Shown one piece after another: positions 22,301 through 33,096 of a stretch of DNA of 64,000 bases. Location: NCBI GenBank assembly GCA_051599415.1, contig AP039705.1:62001-126000 (forward strand), in the 5' to 3' direction. Within the stretch, counting starts at the first letter, position 1; each line of letters begins with the position of its first letter. The notes below the pieces were generated by a model. That model saw only the letters and a program-made list of their open reading frames with translations, ran no database searches and was not told where the DNA came from. A program made the translations under genes and the position numbers. The stretch is from Savitreella phatthalungensis. Its lineage: Eukaryota.

Positions 22301-22553
22301 CGATCCATCACTTCAAGCACGTCTCAAACGCACCAGGCTCGATCAACAAATGCTGGAGGTGAGGAAGAAGTGGGGAGAGAGGTATGTTGGTAGGATGCCC
22401 GTGTTTGGTCAAGCGGGTGAGGCGGTGGTGGATGCCGAGTTGGCTTGGCTGGCGCTGCAGATGGATGAGATGCAAGTTTCCACAGACCATCACGAACCGT
22501 TTGAGATACACAGCTATATCGATGAGACACCACGTAGAGCAGCACACGCATAA
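19320..22553 (+). CDS. MIP1: Mitochondrial DNA polymerase gamma
   Basis: Exo motifs VFDVE, VGHNVGYDRAR, YCAEDV. Pol motifs VGADVDSEELW, RNDAKVFNYGRIYGAG, TVHDEIRY. Arg-rich N-terminal presequence. Confidence 0.97.
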   Translation: MKVCASCRKRLLAGRRLFSSSRASRNDDAIDREAARRLSHLRNQSARLNALGIQQISSSVHAQLFSKSSQPAANSTRHQQRMQSLTRLSQRHLLAHDLLGKNTAVAPEINLELPPLQGADLDEHFHKLGLEVSEPYLDISRRFANAKLPEKPTSWIHQSGWTRYTPDGASPAQVSHPLEDAIVFDVEVMYKVHPYAVMAVAASEEAWYAWLSPWLLSESDDPSHLVPLGGEAAAKVVVGHNVGYDRARVLEEYAIKKSQLGFVDTMSLHVAVNGMCSRQRPAWMQHKKAREQREKVLRENGGAVGKMLQALGDASPTDDDDWIARSSTNSLAEVVYFHCGFVPDKAARDAFDATERGQIVGQLDALLDYCAEDVRITHLVYDKVLPSFLEVSPHPVSFAALLYMNAMTLPVDYDKWHAYIERAERTYRDLSSMVTQRLVGSANDLLKHKDSPEVYNADPWLRQLDWTTKPVRMVTNKKTGEQRLAKNQKMPGMPQWYRDLFKGSPDTMNLTTRTRISPLLLRMNWQGHPLVWSDQYGWTFQVNDASAAQLFRDKKYTECELGTFKVPHKDGPSSRVATPLSKHFVKAFEDGLLSSEFSLAKEALEMNAACSYWISSRERITKQMVHRLRDNPSQGIILPQAVTMGTITRRAIEATWMTASNAKKNRVGSELKSMVEAPPGYSFVGADVDSEELWIASLMGDSQFGLHGSTALGWMTLEGTKSQKTDLHSTTAAILGISRNDAKVFNYGRIYGAGLKFAVQLLLQFNPTLSEQQARDTAEELYRSTKGRRVKLSPREVEQLSPVLGTPDTGGEDNNKRGKAFWRGGTESFVFNRLERVAEQSYPRTPVLGCGITQALLGKYLAPGSFLTSRINWAVQSSGVDYLHLLIVGTEYLLRLYRITDARLALTVHDEIRYLCRSEDATLVAYLLQIANLWTRAMFAHQLGIHDLPQSCAFFSEVDIDKVLRKDVNDPSITPSHPHPIPPGKSTTINDLIDDPSLQARLKRTRLDQQMLEVRKKWGERYVGRMPVFGQAGEAVVDAELAWLALQMDEMQVSTDHHEPFEIHSYIDETPRRAAHA

Positions 22554-22627
22554 AGCAAGATCGGTACGTATGGGGAAGGAAACAAGGGCGGATTAGGATT
22601 AGCGGCTAGAGCCGAGCGCGAGATAGG

Positions 22628-22660
22628 TAAACGAACGAACGAACGACCAACCAACCGAAT
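22628..22660. repeat. (AACG)n/(AACC)n microsatellite between convergent genes
   Basis: aaacgaacgaacgaacgaccaaccaaccg. Confidence 0.7.
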
Positions 22661-22669
22661 GATTCGATT

Positions 22670-23554
22670 TTACGAGCGATCGACTGGTGCAGCGAGTTGA
22701 GACTCAGCGCCGGTGGTGGATGCAGGGGCGGTGTTGGTGCTGTCCTCTGTGGGGAGGAGGTTTGGAGCTAGCTTGCTGCCGCCGGCGTTGTAGGGCTTTG
22801 GCTGCCAGGCCTGGAGGTCTGACTCTGCGTCGAGGAGGACCTGCTTGGCTGCTGCCTCGTTGCGGTACTCTGCAGGCTGGTCTCCTGGGACAACAGGTGT
22901 GTCGTCGAGGAGCTCGAGAATCCTGCGTCCGTGGTCGGCGAGGATGAGTGACTTCTCAGATCGCTCGATCACGGCAGCAAAGTGGAGGAGGTAGGTCTCC
23001 TTGAGCGCGTGTCGCTGGATGTTGGTCAGCTGAGCCTCGGCAACGAGCGACTCCGCCTCAGCCCGCACAAGGTGCTGCTCCAGCTCGACAAGCTTCGGCG
23101 ACTGAGGCTCCTTTCCCTTGAGCGCGTGGATCTGGTCAATCAGCTTCTGGCGGTTGTCACGAGACGGTTGGACGGAAGCCTCCGTGTTCCGGATCTGCTT
23201 CAACGTCACTCGCGACTCCTCAATCTCAGACGCAAAGTTCTCCTCCACCTCTGCAAGCTCCGTGATCAGCACACCGAGCTTGTCCGAGATGTCAGACAGG
23301 TGGTCGTCCTCGGCGTTTGCTCCCCACTCCGAAAGCTGCTGGGCCACAGACTGCATCGCATGCGCAGCAGCCTCGTAGGCGTTCACCACCGTGTTCTCAG
23401 TCTTGATCAGCGTGTACATCGCAGCGCTCAAATCAGCACGCCGGGGCGTGTTGCGAAGCGATGCAAATGAGAATCGCTTGTGGCCACCGCTGCCATTGCT
23501 CGAGCTGCCGAAACCGCCAAACTTCTTGTTGCGTAGGGATCCAGAACGGTTCAT
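22670..23554 (-). CDS. PIL1: Eisosome BAR-domain protein Pil1/Lsp1
   Basis: QQLSEWG, SDISDKLGVLI, LKQIRNTEASVQPSRD, LEQHLVRAEAESLVAEAQLTNI, LELLDDTPVVPG. Start taken at MNRSGSLR (23554). Confidence 0.92.
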   Translation of the reverse strand: MNRSGSLRNKKFGGFGSSSNGSGGHKRFSFASLRNTPRRADLSAAMYTLIKTENTVVNAYEAAAHAMQSVAQQLSEWGANAEDDHLSDISDKLGVLITELAEVEENFASEIEESRVTLKQIRNTEASVQPSRDNRQKLIDQIHALKGKEPQSPKLVELEQHLVRAEAESLVAEAQLTNIQRHALKETYLLHFAAVIERSEKSLILADHGRRILELLDDTPVVPGDQPAEYRNEAAAKQVLLDAESDLQAWQPKPYNAGGSKLAPNLLPTEDSTNTAPASTTGAESQLAAPVDRS

Positions 23555-23869
23555 CTTGTCGGGAGTTATGTTTGTCTTAGGATAGAGTGGTGAATGTCGC
23601 GTGTCTTGTAGTCTACTCGTCCTTCGTTGTCGTCTGGAGGCGCAGCGTAATGATAGTGCAAGCAGAGGCAGAATGAGGATTGGAGTGAATAGGACTGGAC
23701 TGGATACTATAGCACGCACCACTCGGCACACAGGAAGGTAGAAAGAGAAAGATCGTCGCAATAGCTCGTCATCGAGGAAACGGGATTGAGTTCCCGTGAA
23801 TCTGTACGAGCCCATGGTAAGATTCAATCTATTCTGACTGAACATGGCAATGGTTAGATTTCAGTGATT

Positions 23870-23952
23870 TGACGTCATGATCACGTGCTTGGGTCAAGTC
23901 GAGCTTCCAATGCACGTGCTCATGATCAACTCGGCCGCGTGGCGAGCACGTG
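23870..23952. promoter_or_regulatory. Perfect CRE (TGACGTCA) plus three E-boxes (CACGTG) upstream of PIL1
   Basis: TGACGTCA at 23870-23877. CACGTG at 23882, 23913 and 23947. Confidence 0.45.
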
Positions 23953-24209
23953 CACAACGTTATACTGTACGTCCTCCCTGCAGATCGCCTGATCCTATAC
24001 ATTTAGACAGTCAGGATCGTGGCGAGTCAGCACTACTGTCGGGATCGTCTCTGCGAGGAAGTCTGGGTATAAGGTATCGTTCAACTACGGAGTCTATATG
24101 GGGTAATTTCTAATGCATAAGAGCATGATAAGAAGAAGAAGATAGATTGGTATGGTTTGATTGAGTGTAGTGTACTTGAGGATTCCCTCTGTCTTTGGGG
24201 ATAAGACAC

Positions 24210-25226
24210 TTAGAAGCGACGGGTCTCGTTGCTGAAGGTGCGGAAACGGGTCTGGGCGGTGCCTGAGGAAGGAGTTGCCTTGCTCGGGTAGTAGTAGACG
24301 TTGAGGGCGTTGGATCCACCGCAGGTCTCAGCGGCATTGCCGCCGCAGGCCATGTTGCAGGAGGACGAGACCTCGGTCGGCTGAGAGGTGCCGCAGAAGC
24401 ACTGGGTAGAGTACTCGACGCCGAAGTAGCCGGCACCGGTGCTGTCGCAGAAGGCAGCGCACTTCTCGACAGTCATGTCGCTCGACTCGGTGTTGGCGGC
24501 GGCGAGGGCACGCGAGTTCGGGTAGTAGTCAGCGAAGCAGCCAGAGTTCAGGGCCTGGTAGGACGAGCCTGAGGGAGAAGACTGCATGTTGGTCGTGTAG
24601 ACGCTCAGGGCGAGGTTGCCTCCGCAGATCTCGTTAGTGTTGCCGGCGCAAGGCGTGTTGCAGGTAGCACTGCCAGAGAGACGGAGAGCGTTGCCGCAGT
24701 AGCACTCGCGGCCGTACTCGGTACCGTAGAGGGCGAAGCCCTGAGCGCCACAGAACTCGCTGCACAGAGAGTTGGTCATGCTGTCGCTGGAAGTGGAAGC
24801 ACCGTTGAGCGAGCGGTAGTTGATGTCGTCCACGCTGCAGCCGTACTGGTAGGAGTAGCTGATCTGCTGGATCGACAGCTTGTTGTCACCACCGCAGACC
24901 TCGGACGAGTCACCTCCGCACGGGAAGTTGCACTGTGACTGGTCGTCGGCTGGCTCAGGCAGGGTGTTGCCGCAGTAGCACTCGCTGCTGAACTCCGTGC
25001 CGGCGTAGGTGTAGCCGCGGTCGGAGCAGAACACGTTGCAGTGCTCGACGGTGTTGTAGTTGCTGATCGAGTAGCTGGCTCCATCAAGGGCACGGGTCGG
25101 GTAGGTGTCCTTGTAGCAGCCAATTGCGCTGTAGCCGGCAACCGGCATGGTTGTGGTGGTGTCGCGCTTGGCCGAACCGACCGAGACGGCAGCGGCAGCG
25201 GACACGAAGAAGAGAGCAGCGTGCAT
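24210..25226 (-). CDS. Secreted protein with three WSC carbohydrate-binding domains
   Basis: Signal MHAALFFVSAAAAVSVGSA then KR. Three repeats of GC..D..RxL..C..FC....G.E(F/Y)..(E/Q)C(Y/F)CG..CN..C.G...E.CGG. No obvious TM or GPI tail. Confidence 0.92.
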   Translation of the reverse strand: MHAALFFVSAAAAVSVGSAKRDTTTTMPVAGYSAIGCYKDTYPTRALDGASYSISNYNTVEHCNVFCSDRGYTYAGTEFSSECYCGNTLPEPADDQSQCNFPCGGDSSEVCGGDNKLSIQQISYSYQYGCSVDDINYRSLNGASTSSDSMTNSLCSEFCGAQGFALYGTEYGRECYCGNALRLSGSATCNTPCAGNTNEICGGNLALSVYTTNMQSSPSGSSYQALNSGCFADYYPNSRALAAANTESSDMTVEKCAAFCDSTGAGYFGVEYSTQCFCGTSQPTEVSSSCNMACGGNAAETCGGSNALNVYYYPSKATPSSGTAQTRFRTFSNETRRF

Positions 25227-28200
25227 GATGATGGTTCGTGAAGGAGGTGGGACGATTGCTAAAGACAAGAAGAAGTTGGTAGTGGGAAGGAGGACCACTC
25301 TATATACGTCGAAGCAAGAATCGCTTCGGTCGATCGACCGGTGGAAGTGCAATGTGCAGGTTCAGGGAATATCCTCAAGCGGAAGGCTCGCCGTTAGACA
25401 ACCGGGCAGCCTCCCACGAACTCGCGTCACATTCCGCATGGGACCGCGTCTTCGGTCAAGTGGCTATATCGAGAGGGGCACTTTCCTCTTAAATGTAGAC
25501 CTGGCCTTGGAAAGCCAGACAAGAGAGGAAAAAGGCGAGGTGCCGCATCAATGGCGTCTGTCACCGGCCAACCAGATACGGTGACTCCTGCAAAGTAAAG
25601 ATGCGTGAAGGCTGTGCGACGCGTTGGAGAAGACTGATGGCGCACAAGGCGGCGGTGCTCCTCAGGTCTAACGCGGATTCAGCCGGTTTGCTTCATGAGA
25701 TGAAGTGATTCGGCGTGTGGCCTCATCGGTGGATACTCTCGGGAGATCCACCCACTCGGTCAATGGCGTCGGAGTGCCAAGGTCCAGAGATGAAATCCCA
25801 TTGGGTGATAGATAGCGGACGCGAGCATGGGCTTGATCGAGCTGAAAGCGAAGACGAATCTATCTCGCCGGAAGAGCAGCCGAGTTCTTACCGAATCGAT
25901 CGTGCAACTCATGTGTTACGTCGGAACATATGTAGCACCTGCCTTATCCTCGACAAGGAGAATCGCTTTCTTCAGTCAGACTCAGACAGCGTAGTAACAC
26001 CGGTGTTTGTAGAAGGGACAGTGTGATGCGGTGCGGTGCGGTGCGGCTGTAGCGTGGTCATTGACAATTATCATGATGATGATTGTAGCAAGGGGTTCTC
26101 ATTGAAGAGGCGTCTCAGCCTCTTCCGCATTGTCTCGCATAACAGCCAATTAGCTCGTCAACGTCCCAGTCTCAGTCAGAAGTTTTCAGGCAAATCTTGT
26201 TATCTCCTGTAACGGGTCAAGCTGAGAGCAACCCAATCGATATTGAGGTCAGAATTGGATTTGCCTGAATCTGACCAGGAAGAGGAAAAGTATCTTCGAC
26301 TGCACAGGGGGTGGTGTTGCTGTACTGGTGCAGGTAACTAAGTAAGTGAGAAAGTCAGAATCGGTACATCATTCTAGCAATGAGAGCAGTCCACGATGAA
26401 TGGATCTCTTAAAAGGCATGTTGCAGCTGCGCATTCCTTGCCCTGCCATCGTCGTCTGTATCTCTTCTTGACTTGACCAGTCCTGGATGCGGAATGAGTA
26501 GCTGTAGTAGAATCAGGTTTTGAATACTTCCTCCTCACGCGAGCTCAAGACAACAGTTTTCGAGAACATCGAAACGAATAGATTTTCTTCCGTGTCTCTG
26601 GTCGATTGATGGAGTCTACGCGCGTGCAAGGATGCACCATAGCTTATGCTGACGATCAATGCTCAGGCTGAAGGATGAAAGCGAGACAATGGGAGAGCGG
26701 ACAATGGAAAGAGAGGCGCATGCTACAGCTGTACCTTGAAGGGCATCTCGCTAGAAGACTTCATAGAACGTGCATATGGTCTCTCCCCCTCACCTTTAGG
26801 TCTTCCTGTCTCGTTTAGGCCAGCACCTCGATTAAGAGATACGTTCCATATGAAGCACAAAAGCTGTGCGTGGGTAGCTACTGCCCGTTCAGGTTCTGGC
26901 AAAGTCTACAAGCTAAGTCGAGTCTCAAGACGGACGGAAAGGAGTGTTGAATTGACCATGTGAAGTCTACATATATCGTATATGGTTATATGGATAAACT
27001 CTGTGTTGGATTGCAATAACCATGTGGTTAGCGTTATGAAGTCAATAGATTTCCTGAACTTTGAATTTGACTGTGTCTTGTTCTTGTCCTTGTTCTAGAG
27101 ATTTTAGCTACGTGCAGATAGTGAACCGACTGTCTGGCTACTGCAGATCTCCCACTTATTTTCTTTTTAATATATATACTCATATAATCTCATTTCTGCT
27201 ATCTCTAATTCATTCTTATCCTCCTCTCCCACTAATCCTAGCCCCTTTTCATTTCACCGGTATACCGTTGACACACCGTTGGCTGCAGAGGACTTCAATA
27301 TTCGCTCATTAATTATGAGTTTGAATTCATTAGAAATGCTGTTGAACATGATTATCTATCTTCTTCGATAGGCCACTGGATGCACGTACGTCACTCATGG
27401 CCAATTCGGTGAAAATTCTCCTACAGAGATGTCTCACGTCCCGGTACGGGTCGGTTCCGTCGATCAGGGTCATAGTTTGAGAATGATCCGAACATTTGGA
27501 CATGCCGTCCGATACCTGAATATATGCGTAGAATCATCAGTGTTGCTCTCGTCGTCTTGATGGAAAAGCTGAGTTCTTGAGCCATGTACTCTATCGGGAT
27601 CGTGCCTGTATCGACGCAGGTAAAAAGTGACTCTTCAATCGAGCTTGCGGCATAGGATGGAACAGGTCAGACTGTGACAGAACAGGATACAGCGACTATC
27701 CAGCATCTCGGATTCTGGGCGGAAATTTGAATCTGAGCAGGAGTCTCATATTTAAGGTTTTCGCTTTTCCTCCCATCTACCCCTCTTCATAAGTATCTTT
27801 CCTTCTTCTAGAGTATTGCTTTTACTGCTGCTAGAGGACCTGTTGCTGGAGCCCACTGGACAACTTTCTGCCCGTGCGCACACCTATTCCGATTTCGCCG
27901 GCTCTGGCTATGACACATGCCACAGCACTGGAACAGACCAAGACGCGAAATTCCAAAGACCCATACTTCCGTAAGCGATATGCATAAAGCCTGGCGGGTG
28001 ATCACACGTCATGGAAGAAGCGAGCAATGCCAAGTTGTTCGCTCATCTCAGTCTCCAGTGAACCTTCTTGGACTTTGTCTATACTAGGAGATGAGTCCGA
28101 CTGCTCTTGAGTGTATGAGAGTGAGGATGACCTCAAATATACAGGTAGTGACTAGCCATTGGGGACCGAGAGACCCGTAGCCTGGAGCCGTTTTGAAGAT

Positions 28201-29333
28201 AGATCGACAGTTTAATGATTATGCAGCCTGCTCGCAAGAAAGCAAAAGAAAGAAAAAGAAACAGAAAATTATGCACGACGCGTCTATCTTTGAAACACGC
28301 GTGCCGGATAAAAGTAAAAAGGTTGGTAAGCTTGTCTACTTGGGTGATTCTGGTTGGGACCTGCCGCTGCATCGCGGATCACCGAATAGTACCCACACAC
28401 AAAGAGAGATGCTATCAATTGGGTAGCTCAAGTGAGTGCTCGGTAGTTCAAGTGAGTGTTCGGATTCAGGCTGAACTCTGAAGAATGTCCTTTTGTCCTT
28501 TTTCGTGTGTGTTCCCTGGTACGGACACATGTCCGCCCGGGAATCCCGCTGCGAACCTTTAAGCGAGCATTGTGAGCGTGGGTGGAATGCATGCCAAGGC
28601 TCCAAACATGGGAATTAAGAGAACGGCTTCTTCGGCCGAGCACTCATCCTGTGTCTTGTGGAGACTTGCATACCTCTTCATCAAAGCAGTATCCAGATCG
28701 ATGATTGTGAGTTGCTGTGGGATATCGTGGTGCAGGTGTTTCGTGCATCCATCAGAAAGCATCCATGCTCGAGCATGTGCATGTCACTGCTCCAATGCAT
28801 GATTCATAAGGCAGAATCCAGGAACATTTCACCGTCTCCCAGGTGAGAAGCTCTTCACTCATGGCGTTTGGCTTCAGACCCTCGATCAGATCCCGAAGCC
28901 TGATACACCGCCGAGCGACACACGGTGAGCATGATTCAGTCCGAGGTCTGACTTTGTCAACGCTTCAGTGTCATTCTCGGTCAGAAACAGTCGCGGCATC
29001 TGCTGAGTTGTGCATCCATACAATGAGGTGAGTAAACTTCCGCTCGAGAATACGGTTAAATTTACTCTGAGTGGAAATTCTGCAGAGGATTTGAGTGCAT
29101 ATAAATTATATGCACATATGGCAGGCAACGGCATAATTTTCAATGCAGGATCAACACAGCTGAATCAATCGCTTCTCAACACGTGATCAGATGGAGAACT
29201 CGATCAACATGCACGATGCTACCGCACGTCATCCACGCCAGCTTCTCACCACTATACTAGGCAGTTTGAGACTTGAAGACATTGACTCACTTACCGCGTG
29301 GTCTGAGCTGTGACGTGAGAATCACTTCTGATC

Positions 29334-32300
29334 ATGTCGTCCACCGAGCTGCTCCACAGGATGAGCGATCCTGACCAGGATATCCGGTTCATGGCGCTCA
29401 ATGACCTTTACAACGGCTTCAATGCCGGTAGATATGCCGCAGATGACTCCATGCTCAACAGGTTCATCGATGCAGTACTGAAGGCTCTGGAAGATCACAA
29501 CGGTGAAGTGCAAAATATGGCCGTACGCTGTTTGGCTCCATTGCTCCGAAGGGGGCGAGATTCTCATATCCAGCTCGTCATCGATCGCCTGAGTAAGGGC
29601 ACCGGACAGACTTCTCAGCAGGAGCTGCGAAATATCAGTCCGATTGCACTTCGCACAGTCATCACGGAAGTTCCTCCGAATTCCCCAATAGCTGGTAATA
29701 TTACTCGGAGACTCGTCCCAAAGCTCCTCCCCACACTCACACAGCTTGCGTCAGCAGAGTCATCAGATCAGCTCCTCGATGCGCTTGACGTCGTAGCAGA
29801 GCTATGCGGTCGATTCAGCGGAAGCATTGTTGCGCTCCCAGAATCCCAGCAGCACGACCTCACAGTCATCCTGCAAAGGCTCCTCGATCACCCACGGCTA
29901 GCAGTAAGAAAGCGGAGCTCCACTGCACTAGGAGCCTTGTCAAGTTCAATTTTGAGCGAACTCTTCTCAGCACTCGTCTCGCAGCTGCTCGAGGCTCTTC
30001 CGCTCGCTAAATCAGATGACAAGCTCAAGACTGTCTTTGGCGTGTTTGGCCAGATCTGCGAGGTCAGCACTGACGGCAGATTCGACCCTTACGTGCAGAC
30101 CATCGCTCCTGCCGTGTTTGACGCGCTCGCAATCGACGATGACGAGCTACGGGAAGTCGCACTTCAGACGCTCGAGATATTTGCACTTCACGCACCAACA
30201 CAGTTGCGGCGATACCAGGACAAGGTGATTGAGCTCGCCCTGCAGTACCTCTCGTATGATCCAAATTATGTCGAGCAGGACGGCGAGGGTGATGATGACG
30301 ATGACATGGATGATGCTGATGACATGAGCGATCTCGGATCTGACTTTGCAGAGGACGACTACTCGGATGACGAAGACATGTCATGGAAGGTCAGACGCGC
30401 ATCTGCAAAACTGATCGCTTCGCTCTTGAGCGATCGTAATAGCAATGTGGCAGCAGTTGTAGCATCGCCTCTAGTAACACGCTTCAACGAACGCGAGGAG
30501 ACAGTTCAGGTCGAAGTCCTACAGGCGTATCGCAGGCTCATCTCGAAACGACTTCACGGTTCGACTCTTGCGACCGCCTCGCGCAAACGTCCTCGATCTG
30601 CAGATGAGATGGACGTCGATTCTGCCGATGCTATCGCTAGCACCTTACCCAAAGCTCTGTCGAAGCTCGTCAAACTCCTAGGCAGCAAGAGCCAGAATGT
30701 AAAACTCGCATCATCTCAGCTTCTGCGTTCCATCGCAGCCACAGGTTTCTCGCTTGCAGACGTCGAGGCGGCCGTCCTCAAATCGGCCTCCTCGACGCTC
30801 TTCGCCACGGATAGCAGTGCTGCAGCTGTGGGTCAGAAAATTCAGTTGCTCGCATTCTTCCAGACATGGCTGTCATCACCATCGATCACTTCCTCAACTG
30901 CCGCAGAATTGACAAGCATGCTGACACGCATGGTCGAGCAGGAATCGTCACTCAAAGTAGCAGCGGCAGCTGTCGATGCTTCCGAAAGCGCCGTATTGAC
31001 ACGACCCGCCTCAGAGAATCTGGTCAACGCTCTCATTGGTCGATTGAGTAATGCAGCCACAGACCAAGATGTACGGGAGAAGTGCTTGCACGTGCTAGGA
31101 CTGGCTGTTGCACAAGATGGAGTGCCTACTGCGGTAGCCAGTCGCGGCCGCGCTGCGATTCTGGAGAAGATCGCGAACGAGGCGCTTCGGTCCTCCGCGG
31201 TCTCTGCGCTCGAGATTGCAGGACGATCTGGATTCTCTGACGAAGCGTTCGCACAACAGACGCTCACTACCCTCACCCCTTTACTCGGCATCGGCAGCAA
31301 ATCAGCTCGCATTACGATCTTTGATGTCCTTGCAAATGCTATTGCCAGTGCGACGGCCTCAGGCGCTACTGCCACAAATATTGCTCAACAGATTGCGTCT
31401 ATCTGCTATGCCGAAGACGTGCAGCTTATCCCATCAGCGCTCAAAGCCCTCTTAGCCCTTCTCAACAGCACGGACGATCCGAGGCCGATTGCAGACGTCT
31501 CAATCCGTGCCGCATTGAAGGCAGTCAGCTCGAGTACTGATACTACCAACGAGATTGTCAATGCTTTCCAAATTCTAAGCCAGCGAGCCGCACTGCCTGC
31601 TGACGCCGCGGAGCTCGTCACGCCACTAAGGACGCAGTCACCAGCAGTAGCCGCTCGCATTCTCGCTGCCACCATTCCGGACGTGTCATCCAGTACGTTC
31701 ATTCAGCTTGTGGGAGCAGCAAAGACGAGTGAAGAGGATAGAGTATTTGCGATCCAGGTCGTCGGAGAGTGTAGCAGACTACGGCCAGCGACGCAACAAG
31801 TCGCGAAGCTTCTTCTCGAGAGCTTCGGTTCTCCATCGGACGCAGTCAAGGCAGCGTCCTCATCAGCGTACGGTAATGTGGTCGCGGGTGACCCGGACAC
31901 CTATGCTGCCTCACTCACACGTGAGCTTCCACAAGCGACCGGCGACGATTATCTCACAACGGTGGCGCTACGTCAGGCCATTGTCAGTGCTACCGACCAG
32001 CAGCTCATCGCGCCGACCTTCTCCTCCCTCTGGGATCAGCTATTCACACTGGCAAATGCGAATGATCGCGCGGTGCCTGTGGCTGCAGAAGCAATCGGCC
32101 AACTAGTCCTCGTCCGACCACAGCAGCAGCTAGATCTGCTGCAACGCAAGCTCGAAGACTCATCAGCCAGTACGAACGAAAAGGCGACCGTGCTTCGTGC
32201 TGTACGATACATCCTGTCGGACACAACTCATCAGCCTCACGGCGGCATCACAGATGGCCAGGGATCTCTTGACGTGTTGCTTCGATCCTCGACTGCGTCG

Positions 32301-32987
32301 TTCATCATCGGTCCACTTACCAACGGCGACCTCCGCCTCCGCAGACTTGCCCTTGGACTCCTCTACACCGCCTCCCACAATCGTCCCGACGTCATCCGTG
32401 ACCATATCGACCTCCTCCTCCCAGCCCTAATCGGTGAGACCTACAAACGTGACGAGCTCGTCCACATCGTCCAGATGGGTCCTTTCAAACACACCGTCGA
32501 CGACGGTCTCGAGACTCGCAAAGCAGCCTTCGAAACCCTTCTCTCCCTGCTCGATTCCCAGTCATCCGTCTGCCTATTCGATCGCACATCCTCCGCTCAC
32601 ACGGCATCCACAATCGTCCACACCATCGGTAGAGGTCTAAGTGACCCGGCGTCCGAGATCAAGTTACTCAACCACCTGAACTTGATCCAGGTCTGTGAGC
32701 TCGCATCCCCAATCGACTCACCCTATCGCCGAATCTTGCTGGATGGGATCTCGACTGAGCTGGTCGCCATCACGGAAGGTTTGAAGATGACGGTGTTTGC
32801 TAAAGTCAAGGAGAGTGCAGTCAAGGGAGAGCGTGAGAAGGATGAGGAGTTGAAGAGGTCTGGTACGAAAGCGGCAGCTAGGTTACATCGTCTTCTTCAT
32901 AACAACCACACCCAAGATTGGCTCAAGTTTATCGATGAGGCTCAGAAAGCAAGACCTGCAGACTTCCAACCCCAAATCGTCTCATGA
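29334..32987 (+). CDS. CAND1: Cullin-associated NEDD8-dissociated protein 1 (TIP120)
   Basis: 1217 aa HEAT repeats. DQDIRFMALNDL, EVQNMAVRCL, YDPNY, DDEDMSWKVRRASAK, RFNEREETV, VQMGPFKHTVDDGLETRKAAFE. Confidence 0.97.
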   Translation: MSSTELLHRMSDPDQDIRFMALNDLYNGFNAGRYAADDSMLNRFIDAVLKALEDHNGEVQNMAVRCLAPLLRRGRDSHIQLVIDRLSKGTGQTSQQELRNISPIALRTVITEVPPNSPIAGNITRRLVPKLLPTLTQLASAESSDQLLDALDVVAELCGRFSGSIVALPESQQHDLTVILQRLLDHPRLAVRKRSSTALGALSSSILSELFSALVSQLLEALPLAKSDDKLKTVFGVFGQICEVSTDGRFDPYVQTIAPAVFDALAIDDDELREVALQTLEIFALHAPTQLRRYQDKVIELALQYLSYDPNYVEQDGEGDDDDDMDDADDMSDLGSDFAEDDYSDDEDMSWKVRRASAKLIASLLSDRNSNVAAVVASPLVTRFNEREETVQVEVLQAYRRLISKRLHGSTLATASRKRPRSADEMDVDSADAIASTLPKALSKLVKLLGSKSQNVKLASSQLLRSIAATGFSLADVEAAVLKSASSTLFATDSSAAAVGQKIQLLAFFQTWLSSPSITSSTAAELTSMLTRMVEQESSLKVAAAAVDASESAVLTRPASENLVNALIGRLSNAATDQDVREKCLHVLGLAVAQDGVPTAVASRGRAAILEKIANEALRSSAVSALEIAGRSGFSDEAFAQQTLTTLTPLLGIGSKSARITIFDVLANAIASATASGATATNIAQQIASICYAEDVQLIPSALKALLALLNSTDDPRPIADVSIRAALKAVSSSTDTTNEIVNAFQILSQRAALPADAAELVTPLRTQSPAVAARILAATIPDVSSSTFIQLVGAAKTSEEDRVFAIQVVGECSRLRPATQQVAKLLLESFGSPSDAVKAASSSAYGNVVAGDPDTYAASLTRELPQATGDDYLTTVALRQAIVSATDQQLIAPTFSSLWDQLFTLANANDRAVPVAAEAIGQLVLVRPQQQLDLLQRKLEDSSASTNEKATVLRAVRYILSDTTHQPHGGITDGQGSLDVLLRSSTASFIIGPLTNGDLRLRRLALGLLYTASHNRPDVIRDHIDLLLPALIGETYKRDELVHIVQMGPFKHTVDDGLETRKAAFETLLSLLDSQSSVCLFDRTSSAHTASTIVHTIGRGLSDPASEIKLLNHLNLIQVCELASPIDSPYRRILLDGISTELVAITEGLKMTVFAKVKESAVKGEREKDEELKRSGTKAAARLHRLLHNNHTQDWLKFIDEAQKARPADFQPQIVS

Positions 32988-33096
32988 GAGAATGATTGTC
33001 AAATTACTATAGTGAGGGAAGAAGTTAAAAATTGAAGGCCTTCGCAGAATGAAAAAGTGATTAGTCGTAGTGTTGGGACGTGTGTGTGTGTGTGTG

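Noticed and set aside
23555..23845. Long N-terminal extensions in the ORF track for PIL1 (also WSC, NDE1, RCM1)
   Set aside because: Homology and targeting signals start at downstream ATGs, so the extensions look like 5' UTR.
10825..26182. Shared 16-mer CAGTCTCAGTCAGAAG in two long intergenic regions
   Set aside because: Low complexity; one such match is plausible by chance in 64 kb and it does not extend.
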